Positions 9,777 through 18,637 of a DNA stretch of 64,000 nucleotides are shown piece by piece. The DNA lies in assembly GCA_963763075.1 (NCBI GenBank), contig CAVXNF010000006.1, forward strand, positions 159,728 to 223,727. The letters run 5' to 3'. Source of the DNA: an uncultured Chloroflexia bacterium. Lineage in GTDB: Bacteria > Chloroflexota > Limnocylindria > Limnocylindrales > CSP1-4. Below the pieces are notes generated by a model. It searched no databases. It had not been told where the DNA came from and saw nothing but the letters and a program-made list of their open reading frames with translations. The position numbers were made by a program, and so were the translations under genes. Position 1 is the first letter of the stretch; each line of letters starts with the position of its first letter.

Positions 9777-11724
9777 ATGCCTCTCGACGCTACTGATGTG
9801 GCTCGTGCGCGTGCACTTCAAGACGCAGCCGCGCACGATCCGGCCAGTGCAGTTCGCTTGGTTGCCGGGCCGGGTACCGGCAAGTCGCGCTCGATCGAGG
9901 AACGATTTCGCTGGCTGTTTGTAGACAGGGGAGTCGCACCCGAGTCCGTCTATGGGGTTTCCTTTCAGGGTTCGGGCCGCTGCACAAGACTTGCAGCTTC
10001 GAGTGGCCAAGTATGTGCACGATCACGCTCCCGGAACGAACCTGGAGATGCTTCGTGTCAGCACCCTGCACTCCCTTTGCGCGACGCTTCTCGCGGCGCC
10101 CAGCTCTTGGTACGTACACATCGACCGCGGATCATCGACGAGTGGGAGGTGATCCACGTCTTCGACGCAGAGTTCAGCCAACTGCACGGTCGGACTCCTT
10201 CGCGCTGTGAGGACATCCGCCGCGAGCACGAGGCCTTTTGGAACACGGGTGTTCCGGCGCCGCCTGGGTACATAGCCACGAACCACCCACTCGCCAAGGA
10301 GAGCCGACTTCTGGCGTGTACCCGCCCAGCGAGCGTAGCCGCTATGACCCTGCGCAATTGTTCGATTAGCAGTCGAAAGCATCGAGTCCGGCGTCCCGAG
10401 ATTCGGTGAGGTGGTTGACATGGGCTACCTCATGGTGGACGAGTATCAAGATCTCAATCCTCTTGACATTCGCCTCGTTGATCTAATCAAGGACGATGGA
10501 GTCGATATTTTCGCGGCCGGCGACGACGATCAAAGCGTTCACTCCTTCCGGTTCGCAGCACCTGGCGGGATCCAAGACTTTCCGGTGAGGCACGCCCGTT
10601 CCGGCGACCATGTACTCGAGGGTTGCTTCGCTGCGCGTCATCCATCGCTGAGGCGGCCGATGGTTTCATAGCGCGATTCAGCCCCGCCGGTCGCATTCCC
10701 AAGTCACTCGAGTCCCTCTGGCGAACTGCGGCCCCACCTGAGGACGGAGTCGTCTATCGCTGGCGCACCCCGTCCGGCGCTCGAGTAGGCGACAAGGATG
10801 GCCGACTCGGCTCGCGAGCTGATCGCAGCCGCGATGAAGGCGGGGAGCTTCGTGATCCTGCTTGCCAACAAGGGGCGATCCTAACGCTCCGTGAGCCCTG
10901 GATGGCGCTGGCGTGGCTTTCATGCCGCCGAGGGAAGACGGCTAGACCTCCGCCGAGAGTCGGCGTTTCGTGCTCGGTCGAGGTGGATCGCAGACGCAGT
11001 GACTACATGGCCCTTCGACTGATCGTTGGATGTCGACGTGGTGTAGGCACGCGGGATTTGTGCGGACATTGTTCAGACCGCATTGGCCAACTTCCTCGAC
11101 TACCGGTCGTTGTTCGTTGACCCATTGCCCACTGGCGTGTTCACAGGCCGGCGTTTAACAGCCCTCAACCAGGCGCGCTCGGTCTGTAGAGACTTAGCAG
11201 GCTACGCCCCTGACGACCAACTATCCGTTAGGCGCGACGACATCCGACGACTCTTGGTCGCCGCGAGATCGGAGCCCGAAGCTGCCGAATGGGACGCCGC
11301 AGAGCGTCTTGCCAGACGAAACGACGCTTCGCGACTCGGCCGCAGCTCGAGGCAGAGAACGAGGAGCAGCGCGAGACCGTGATGAAGGCGATCTTTGAGC
11401 GACTGGAACGCCCCGTTCCCGCAGGATTGCCGGAGCCCCGCGTTCGCGTCATGACGATGCACGGAGCAAAGGGAATTCGGGGTGGATTCGTCTACATTCC
11501 AGGGCTCGAGGAACAAATCCTCCCGGGGACCTCGGCGCGCGGCAAACCCGGGCTTGGTCCTCGAAGGGCGCGCTCTCGCTTCTTACGTGTCGATGACGCG
11601 AGCCCGTGGGGCTTTGATTACCTCTTATGCGCGACAACGCGTTTGGCAAGGGAACGCCATCAGACCCGTCCCGAGCCGTTACCGCGCACTTAGGGCGCGT
11701 TCAGTGACCGTCGAGACACGCTAA
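9777..11724 (+). CDS. UvrD/Rep-like superfamily 1 helicase in a lower-GC islet; about 7 frame changes
   Basis: The pieces are ORFs 9777, 9952, 10411, 10623, 11083, 11289 and 11482. Motifs seen: Walker A AGPGTGKS (9864-9887), TLHSL, VDEYQD (~10435-10452), GDDDQSVHSFRFA, MTMHGAKG and YVSMTRARGAL. The start has its own SD (GGGGGGAGGGGAGCG then ATG). Confidence 0.8.
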
Positions 11725-11944
11725 CCGCTGCGGAATTGTAGTGGTATCAGAGCTCGCCTCGACCTGATACGATGACATAACTCACATTATCGGAAGTGAT
11801 ACAGAAGCCACGCTGCGGGCTTCGAGGGCCCGCGGGCTCGCCCATTGACGAGGACAGATCCGGACGGGCGGCGACACGCGTCATGACCTCGACAGGCGGT
11901 GCAGCACGCACCGCGACCACGAGGGGACGCGAGTGCGCAGCCAG

Positions 11945-13451
11945 ATGGGCCGGAGCGGCCGGAACCCGCGCGTCGGGACGATCACAGGCCTCGCAGGCCT
12001 GAGTCTGCTCGTGACGGCATGCGGCGGCGCGGCCGCCGCGGGAACCCCAGCGCCGGCCACGCCGGGCACCACGGAGCTCCACGCGTTCGACGAGCTGGCG
12101 TTCGTGCCCGCCAAGGACGCCTGGGAGATCGTCGACGCGTTCGGCTCGATCTGGACGAGCGGGTTCATCGGCACGATGGATGACGGCACGCTGAGCCGCA
12201 TCGATCCTGCGACGAACGACGTCGTATCCAGCGTCCACGTGTCGGCCGGCACCGACGGCATCGCGGCGAGCGATGACGCCGTCTGGATCATGGACGGCGA
12301 AGCCCGCGCGATCAGGGCAATTGACCCGGCAACCAACGAGCTGACCAACCGGTCGATCCCGGTACCCGACGAGGGCGGCGACCTGTACCGGGTCGGAGAC
12401 CGCATCTGGCACATGGGCTGGGACATGGCGAGCTCGATCGACACCACGACCGGCACGGTGACGTCGATGCCGATGGTCGGCGGGTGCGGCAACGGCTGCG
12501 GGATCGCCATCGGCGAGGACGCGGTGTTCAAGGCCGGTTCGGACGCCGTCTACCGCCTGGCGCTCGACGGCTCGTCGATCGAGGCGTCCAACATCGTCGA
12601 CGCGAAGGGGTCGGCGATCGGCGTGGGCCCGGACGCCGTCTACGTGGGCTCCCCCACCGGTGGTGTGGCGATCCTCGACCCGAAGACGCTCGAGCTGCGC
12701 ACGGTCGTGCAGGCGGACGTCGCCGTCACCGACACCGGGGCCAAGTGGTCGCTCGGCAGCCCCGACAGGGGCAAGATCATCGGCGACGCGACGGGTGCAT
12801 GGATCCGCTTCTCCCCCGCCATCCGGCGGCCTCGTCGAGGTCGACGCTGCGACTGGACCGGGTCGCACGCTCGATGTCCCCGGCATCGCGGTGCTCGCCG
12901 TCGGCGACGCGACCCTCTGGGGTGGGACGACGGGCACCGAGGTGCGGCGCATCGATCCCGCGACGGGTGTGGTGACAGGCACGATCGACGTCGGGGCGAA
13001 ACCGCTCGCTCTCGTCGATACGGGAACGACGATCTGGGTCGCAGCCGACGACGCGCTCGTGCACCGCTACGACGTCGATACCCTCGAGCCCGACGGCCCG
13101 GCCGCGGGGGTCGGCACCGATGCGTTCCGGATCGCCGCGACGTCCAGCGCGGTCTACGTCGTGAGCCAGGGCGTCGAGGGCACGGTGACCCGGATTGACC
13201 GTGCGACGGGCGCGGCGACCTCCGCGGTCGTGGCGGAACCGACGGATCCCAGGTCGCTCGGCGAGCTGCTCGCCGGCGACGACGCGGTGTGGGTCACCCG
13301 CCGGACCGACATCCTCCGCCTTGACCCCGTGACGCTGGCGCAGGGTCCGCCCGTCCGGCTCCCCGGCTATCCCGTTGGGCTCGTCCGCGATGGCACCCAT
13401 GCGTGGGCGCTCGCCGACACCGGGCGCCTCGACCTCGTCGAGCTGCCTTGA
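11945..13451 (+). CDS. Lipoprotein with beta-propeller-type repeats (Vgb/YncE-like); one frame change near 12815
   Basis: It has a lipobox (LSLLVTACGG) and recurring ...RIDPATN/...AVW... repeats. The N-terminal part is in ORF 11933..13198 and the C-terminal part in ORF 12660..13451. Confidence 0.6.
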
Positions 13452-13469
13452 CCCGTTGGTGGGTCGCCG

Positions 13470-14333
13470 TCAGTCCTCGTGCTCGGCGCGTCGTGCCTCG
13501 AGCCCGCCGTCCGCCGTCTCGCGCACCTCATACACCGGCTGGTCGTAGACGGCCGGCCCGCGGGTGACGTGCCCGTCGGCCAGGTTGAACTGCGACCCGT
13601 GCCACGGGCACTGGACGCAGCCGTCGACGATCTCGCCCTTGTCCAGCGGCCCGCCCTCGTGCGCGCACACCGACGACAGCGCGCTGATCGGGTCGCCGTC
13701 CGTGGCGCGGTACAGCACGAGCGTGTCGGTGCCGGCCTTCGCCTTGACCAGCGTGCCCGCCGGCACCTCGGTCACGTCGAGCGCCTTCCACTTCGTCGAA
13801 TGCGAGTCGAACGCGTGGCGGTCGACCTGGTTGCCTTGCCGGAACACGAGGTCGCCACCGACGTACGCGCCGGCGGCCATCGCCCCGTAGCCCGCGAACG
13901 ACAGGAGCCGCGCCATCGGCCGCAGGCCGCGCGGCCCGAGCCGGAGCAGCGCCGAGCCGGCATACGCCGTGAACGCCGAGACCATGAGCGTCGCGTGCAC
14001 CGTCGCGTAGACCTGCGGCTTCCCGTACGTGTCGACGGCATCGGCGGCACCCGTCGCGGCGGAGGCGGCCATGCTCGCGAGGCCGGTGAGCACGGCGATG
14101 TCGGCCGCGGTGTCCTGCCCGGTGACATCGAGGACCGCGGCGACCGTCATCGCCCCGACCGGCACATCCGTGACCACGGGATGCAACGGATGCCCGAGCC
14201 AGCGCCCGTTGAGCACGTCCTTGAGCGGCCGCGTCGCCTCGAAGACCTCCTTGAGGACCTCCTGCGCCCCCTCGCCGAGCGGCTTGGCCCACGAGGCCTG
14301 CTGATCGATGACGCGTCCGACCTGGCGATGCAT
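13470..14333 (-). CDS. DUF2231 membrane domain fused to a Rieske [2Fe-2S] domain
   Basis: It starts at the internal ATG at 14333. The N-terminus (LGHPLHPVVTDVPVG...) is followed by TM helices. The C-terminus has the Rieske ligand motifs CAHEGGPL and CPWHGSQF. Confidence 0.8.
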   Translation of the reverse strand: MHRQVGRVIDQQASWAKPLGEGAQEVLKEVFEATRPLKDVLNGRWLGHPLHPVVTDVPVGAMTVAAVLDVTGQDTAADIAVLTGLASMAASAATGAADAVDTYGKPQVYATVHATLMVSAFTAYAGSALLRLGPRGLRPMARLLSFAGYGAMAAGAYVGGDLVFRQGNQVDRHAFDSHSTKWKALDVTEVPAGTLVKAKAGTDTLVLYRATDGDPISALSSVCAHEGGPLDKGEIVDGCVQCPWHGSQFNLADGHVTRGPAVYDQPVYEVRETADGGLEARRAEHED

Positions 14334-14485
14334 CCCGTCCTCCGAGCAGTGAGGTCCCCGATCCCCGGATCGTCGCGCACCATCGCGCTGCGGAGCAACC
14401 GCTCCCGATGGCGGATACGTTGCAGTTGGCCGGAGGGGATTGTGCGCCCCTCCCCTACCCCAGTCTGACGGGCTACGCTGCAGCC

Positions 14486-15456
14486 GTGACCGCGCGCACG
14501 CCACGCACCCGCCCGGCCTTCGTCCCGCCGATGCTCGCCACGCTCGTCGCGGCGCCGTTCGACGGCCCGGACTGGCTGTTCGAGGTCAAGTGGGACGGGT
14601 TCCGCGTCGAGGCCGTGGTCGAGGACGGCGCGGTCCGGATCTGGACCCGGGGCCAGCAGGACGCGGCGGGCTACTTCGGCGACTTCCTCGCGCCGCCGGA
14701 CTGGATCGCCGCCACGGATGCGGTCGTCGACGGCGAGGTCATCGCGCTCGATGACGCCGGCGAGCCCGACTTCGCGCTGCTCCAGGAGCGGATCAAGCAC
14801 CGCAACCTGCCCGGGCAGATCGGGCTTCGTGTACGAGGTGTTCGACCTCCTCCATCTCGACGGCCGGTCGCTGCTCGACGAGCCGCTCGAGACCCGACGA
14901 CACCTGCTGGCGGGCGTCCTGCGAGCCGATCCCCGTGTCCGGCTGAGCGAGCACATCGAGCACCGACGGCCTGGCGTTCTTCGAGGCGGCCCGGGCCCGC
15001 GGCCTCGAGGGGATCATGGCCAAGAAGCGCAGCTCGCCGTACGTGCCGGGCGGGCGGACGATGGCCTGGCAGAAGATCAAGATCCGGCCCGAGCAGGAGC
15101 TCGTCGTGGGCGGCTGGACGCCGGGCGCGGGCAAGGCGTTCGGGCTCGGGGCGCTGCTCGTCGGCGTGTACGAGGACGGCGCGCTGCGCTACGCCGGCAA
15201 GGTGGGCGCGTTCATGGGCACCAGCCGCGGCGAGCTCCAGGCGGCGCTCCAGCCACTCGCGACCGACACCACGCCGTTCGACCCACCGCCCCCGAAGCCC
15301 GTGGCGCAGACGGCGTCGTGGGCCCGCCCGGAGCTCGTCATCCGCGCCGAGTTCGCAGGCTGGACGGGCGACGGCAAGGTCCGCCAGGCGGCCTACAAGG
15401 GCATCGACCTCGGCAAGGACCCGCGAACGGTCAAGCGCGAGGTCGCCCGCACCTGA
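14486..15456 (+). CDS. ATP-dependent DNA ligase (LigD ligase-domain type); 2 frame changes
   Basis: The reconstructed sequence is PMLATL...WLFEVKWDGFRVEAVV...VDGEVIAL (ORF 14408), then FVYEVFDLLHLDGRSLLDEPLETRRHLL (ORF 14718), then GLEGIMAKKRSSPYVPGGRTMAWQKIK (ORF 15016). The start could be 14408 or GTG 14486. Confidence 0.8.
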
Positions 15457-15478
15457 GCCCGCGCCCCGACTGGGCCGA

Positions 15479-15994
15479 TCAGCAGTCGAACGCGGACCAG
15501 CACAGCTCGTTGCGGAGCCGCTGGTCGTCGAGCACGAGCTCGCGGATCGCGTCGGGCAGCCGCGCGCGCTGCCACCGGCACTCCTGGCGCCCGGCGTCGT
15601 CACTCGGCCGTCGGGCGCGGCGGCGCGGGCGGCGAGGACCGCATACGCCGCGGCACCGAGCTCGTGGGCCGCGACGTGGGCGACGACACCGGCCTGGCCG
15701 GCGGCGAAGGCGGCGTGTCGCGCTGCCCCGCGAAGGTTCCTGGCGGCGGCGTTGGCATGGCCGCCGGCCGACGCGCGCCTCGGTCATCGTCACCTCGCCT
15801 CGCGCCCACGCACGCGCCAGCTCGATCGCCCGTCGCGGCCGGTCATCCCCGGGCCGCACGTCCTCGAAGTGGTGCAGCACGTGCTCGGCGCAGTCGGCCG
15901 CCCACAGCGCGAGCAGGTGGTGATCGTCGTCCGAGAGGCTGCCGCCGCGGCGCACGGTGATGAACCGCGGGTCCCGGACCGTGGGCAGGATCAT
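15479..15994 (-). CDS. Helical protein of the family usually annotated 'putative immunity protein' (Imm5-like); compensating pair of frame changes
   Basis: The readable parts are MILPTVRDPRFITVRRGG...LALWAADCAEHVLHHFE...AIELARAWARGE... and the C-terminal ...LPDAIRELVLDDQRLRNELCW. The middle reads correctly (SAGGHANAAARNLRGAARHAAFAAGQAGVVAHVAAHELGAAAYAV) only in a shifted frame. Confidence 0.6.
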   Translation of the reverse strand: MILPTVRDPRFITVRRGGSLSDDDHHLLALWAADCAEHVLHHFEDVRPGDDRPRRAIELARAWARGEVTMTEARVGRRPCQRRRQEPSRGSATRRLRRRPGRCRRPRRGPRARCRGVCGPRRPRRRARRPSDDAGRQECRWQRARLPDAIRELVLDDQRLRNELCWSAFDC

Positions 15995-16010
15995 CGACCC
16001 ACCGTAGCGC

Positions 16011-16957
16011 TCAGTCCCGCAGCGTGCGCTCGAGCCCGTCGAGGGTCGTCCGCAGCAGCGCGTCGTTGCCGGTGTCGTGCGCGTACGCCGCGAGCGCCGC
16101 GTCGAGGAACAGCGCGAGCACGCGGGCCCGCAGCAGCCGCGCCGGGGTGAGCCGCTCGGCGCCGTACGCGTCACGGAACGCGTCCCGCGCCGGCCCATCG
16201 AGCTGGCTCCAGTAGAGCGACAGGTCGACCGACGGGTCCGCGACGGCGAGGTCGCCCCAGTCGATGACCGCCGAGGGCCGCCCGTCCGGGCCGACGAGGA
16301 CGTGCCGGACGTGGAGGTCGCCATGGACGAGCGCCTCGTCGGTGGTCGCCGGGAGGGCTCGGCCTCGTCGAGGAGCGCGAAGGCGGCCGGCGGCGCGGTC
16401 CACAGCCCGAGCGACGCCAGGGTCGCGAACCGCTCCCGCGTCCGGGGCACGCGGCGGGTCATGTCGGCCCGGCCGATCGGGTCGCGCGCCAGCCCGGATC
16501 CGAGCGCCGCGACGACCGCCGGCTCGTGGAGCGCGCGCAGGAACCCGGCGAGCGCCACCGCCGAACGCCTCGCGGTCACCGTCGAGCGGCGCGTCGGCGA
16601 TCTCGCGCCCGGGCAGCAGCCGCGCGCCGAAGAACGGCCACGGGTAGCCCTCGGCCGGGCGGCCGATCAGCGTCGGCACCGGGATCGGCAGCGGCAGCCG
16701 CGGCGCGAGCAGCGGCAGGACGGCGATCTCGCGCTCCACGCCGGGCACGGCGATCGCCCGGCGCGGGAAGCGGAACGCGATCCCCTCCCCCGTCACCCAC
16801 AGCGCGTTGTCCCAGCCCGCCGCGAGCGGCGCGAGGCCGTCCAGCGACACGTCCGGAAACTGCCCGCCGACGATCGCGCGGACGCCGCCTCGTCGAGGTC
16901 GACCTCGGCCGCCCACTCCGGGCGCGCCGCCCGCGGGTCCCCTCCCCCGCCGGTCAC
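16011..16957 (-). CDS. Aminoglycoside-phosphotransferase-family (APH-like) kinase; 2-3 frame changes
   Basis: GTG 16957 overlaps the CPBP stop (GTGA). The sequence includes ...LAAGWDNALWVTGEGIAFRFPRR... and the catalytic region LVHGDLHVRHVLVGPDGRPSAVIDWGD. The pieces lie in ORFs 16793..17155, 16011..17759 and 15479..16579. Confidence 0.7.
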
Positions 16958-17759
16958 TGGCAGACCATGACGGCGAACAGCGGGACGGCGATCCCGGCGT
17001 GCCACGCGAGCACCGTGAGAATCGAGTTCGTGCGCATCGTGATGACGCCCGCCACGAGGCCGGCGCCCACGGCGAGGATCCCGACGAGCGGCCCCCAGCC
17101 GACCGCGGCGACCCACAGCCCGTACGCGACGCCCTGGACGACGACCGCGGGCCACTCACCGGTCGTGCGCGCGAGCCAGTGCTGGACGACGCCGCGGAAC
17201 GCGAGCTCCTCGGCGAGGGCGATCGCGGCCGCGCCGAGCGAGCACCACCAGCACGTAGGACACCGCCGAGCCGCCGGCCGCTGGGCCCGGGGATGCCGCC
17301 GCGCAGGATCGAGACGACACACCAGCCCCGCCGATCGCGAACGCCGCCGAAGCCGAGGATCGCGTTGCGGACCGCGCGCCGAGCCGGGCGCCGGAGCCCG
17401 ACGCTCGACCGACGCGTGCGCAGCAGGACCGCAAGCGCCGTGAACGTGCCGAGGACGACGACCGCCTCGACGACGGCCCAGCGACCCGGGGCGGGCCGGA
17501 CGGATCGCAGGCCGCAGCGAGGTCGGCAGGGACGACGCCCGAGGCCCAGCGGACGGTGGCGAGCGCCGTGGCGGGGACCATCGCGGCCCACGCCCAGGCG
17601 ACTGGCGCATCGCGCCGGGCGGCGACGACCGCTCCGGCCGGCCAGGATGACGGTCGCGACGGCCGCGAACGGCGGGATCGCCATCGCGGCCAGCAACAGG
17701 AGGACGGGCGCGGCGGCGCGCGCGATCGTCGGGGCCTGGAGGCCGCGGGACGTGGACAC
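16954..17759 (-). CDS. CPBP-family (CAAX/Abi-like) intramembrane glutamic endopeptidase; several frame changes
   Basis: It starts at GTG 17759 (MSTSRGLQAPTIARAAAPVLLLLAAMAIPPFAAVATVILAG). The C-terminal part in ORF 16954..17832 has the EELAFRG motif and hydrophobic helices. Confidence 0.7.
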
Positions 17760-17867
17760 GAGCCCAGCCTACCGATCGAGGGTGGGGGTCGTGCGCTCGA
17801 CGGACCGGGGCGAACCCGGCCGGAGACAGCAAAACGCCCGAAGGAACCGCCGCCCCGCTTTCGGTCC

Positions 17868-17968
17868 AGTCGCTGAGTAAACAACGTCCGGTCCGTAGTC
17901 AGTGCTGCTGCCCCTTCGGGCACCTGAATCCTATCGGGTCCCGGGCAGGCTCCACAACGCGGTTATCC
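17868..17968 (-). ncRNA. ffs: Candidate signal recognition particle RNA (4.5S/ffs); boundaries not resolved
   Basis: The minus strand at 17937-17893 reads CCGAUAGGAUUCAGGUGCCCGAAGGGGCAGCAGCACUGACUACGG. This gives a GCCC/GGGC stem, a GNAR tetraloop (GAAG), flanking AGGU and AGCA, and outer UCAG/CUGA, UAG/CUA and CCG/CGG pairs. Compare the SRP domain IV consensus CAGGUCCGGAAGGAAGCAGC. It lies in a 286-nt gap with no protein-like ORF. Confidence 0.45.
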
Positions 17969-17979
17969 ACGAGAATCCG

Positions 17980-18004
17980 ACTTCGGCTCGCCGGCGGCCG
18001 AAGT
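17980..18004 (-). terminator. Strong hairpin about 40 nt downstream of the hflX-hypothetical operon
   Basis: On the minus strand, ACUUCGGC-CGCCGGCGA-GCCGAAGU forms 8 perfect bp and is followed by CGGAUUCU. Confidence 0.35.
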
Positions 18005-18045
18005 TGTCCACAGCCGATCCACGAACGCGTCGACCTGGACGCGGG

Positions 18046-18610
18046 TTAATGCGCGTGATCGAGCTCCAGCGGCCACGATTCGCCGTCGGCGAGGGACGGG
18101 ATCCCGTCCTCGTCCAGGTCGACCGCGAGCGTGTCGCCGGTCGACGCCACCACGAACACCCAGCGCCGCTCGGCGAGCCGCGCGACCCGGAACGTCGTCG
18201 GCGTGACGGCGAGCTCGACGCCGATGCTGACGCCGGGCAGCGTGTGCCCCTCCCCCACCCCGACGTGCGGCTCGAGCAGCCGCGCCGCGGCGGCGCCGGT
18301 CGCCGGCGTCCCGACGACGAGCAGCAGCCCGCGCTCGGGCCACGGCAGCGCCACGTGCTCAAGCACCGGTGGGGCGTGCCACGTTCCCGTGGAGCATCGA
18401 CCCCTCGGGATGGAGGGTCAGCAGCCCGGCCGCCGTCGCCAGCTCAAGCTTCGCGACCGAGCCGTCCGGCCGTGTCTCGAGCAGCAGCGAGCCGACGAGC
18501 ACGCCGTCGTCGGTGAGCATCGACCGCCAGCGGCGGCCATGCCGACCGTCGGCGACCGTCCAGGTGATCCGCCCGCCCCAGTCGAGGAGCCCGGTCCCGG
18601 CGCGTCGCAC
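18046..18610 (-). CDS. Conserved-looking hypothetical protein; one frame change near 18360
   Basis: ORF 18359..18610 (GTG start, ...LLLETRPDGSVAKLELATAAGLLTLHPEGSMLHGNV...) continues into ORF 18046..18366 (LEHVALPWPERGLLLVVGTPATGAAAARLL...). No family was recognised with confidence. Confidence 0.45.
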
Positions 18611-18637
18611 GCGGGCGCCCGTCCCCCGACGGATCGC

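Noticed and set aside
9777-11724. The helicase as a specially decayed pseudogene (about 7 frame breaks).
   Set aside because: Its break density (about 3.6 per kb) equals that of PBP1A, mutS2 and the EF-G paralog. It therefore reflects the window-wide indel noise, not locus-specific decay.
11743-11770. A tRNA-like or att-site candidate at the right edge of the low-GC islet (GTAGTGGTATCAGAGC... resembling a D-arm).
   Set aside because: The GTATCAG/CTGATAC stem encloses a 13-nt loop rather than a 7-nt anticodon loop. There is no T-arm (GTTCRANYC) or acceptor pairing, and I found no direct repeat shared with the left edge (9469-9776).
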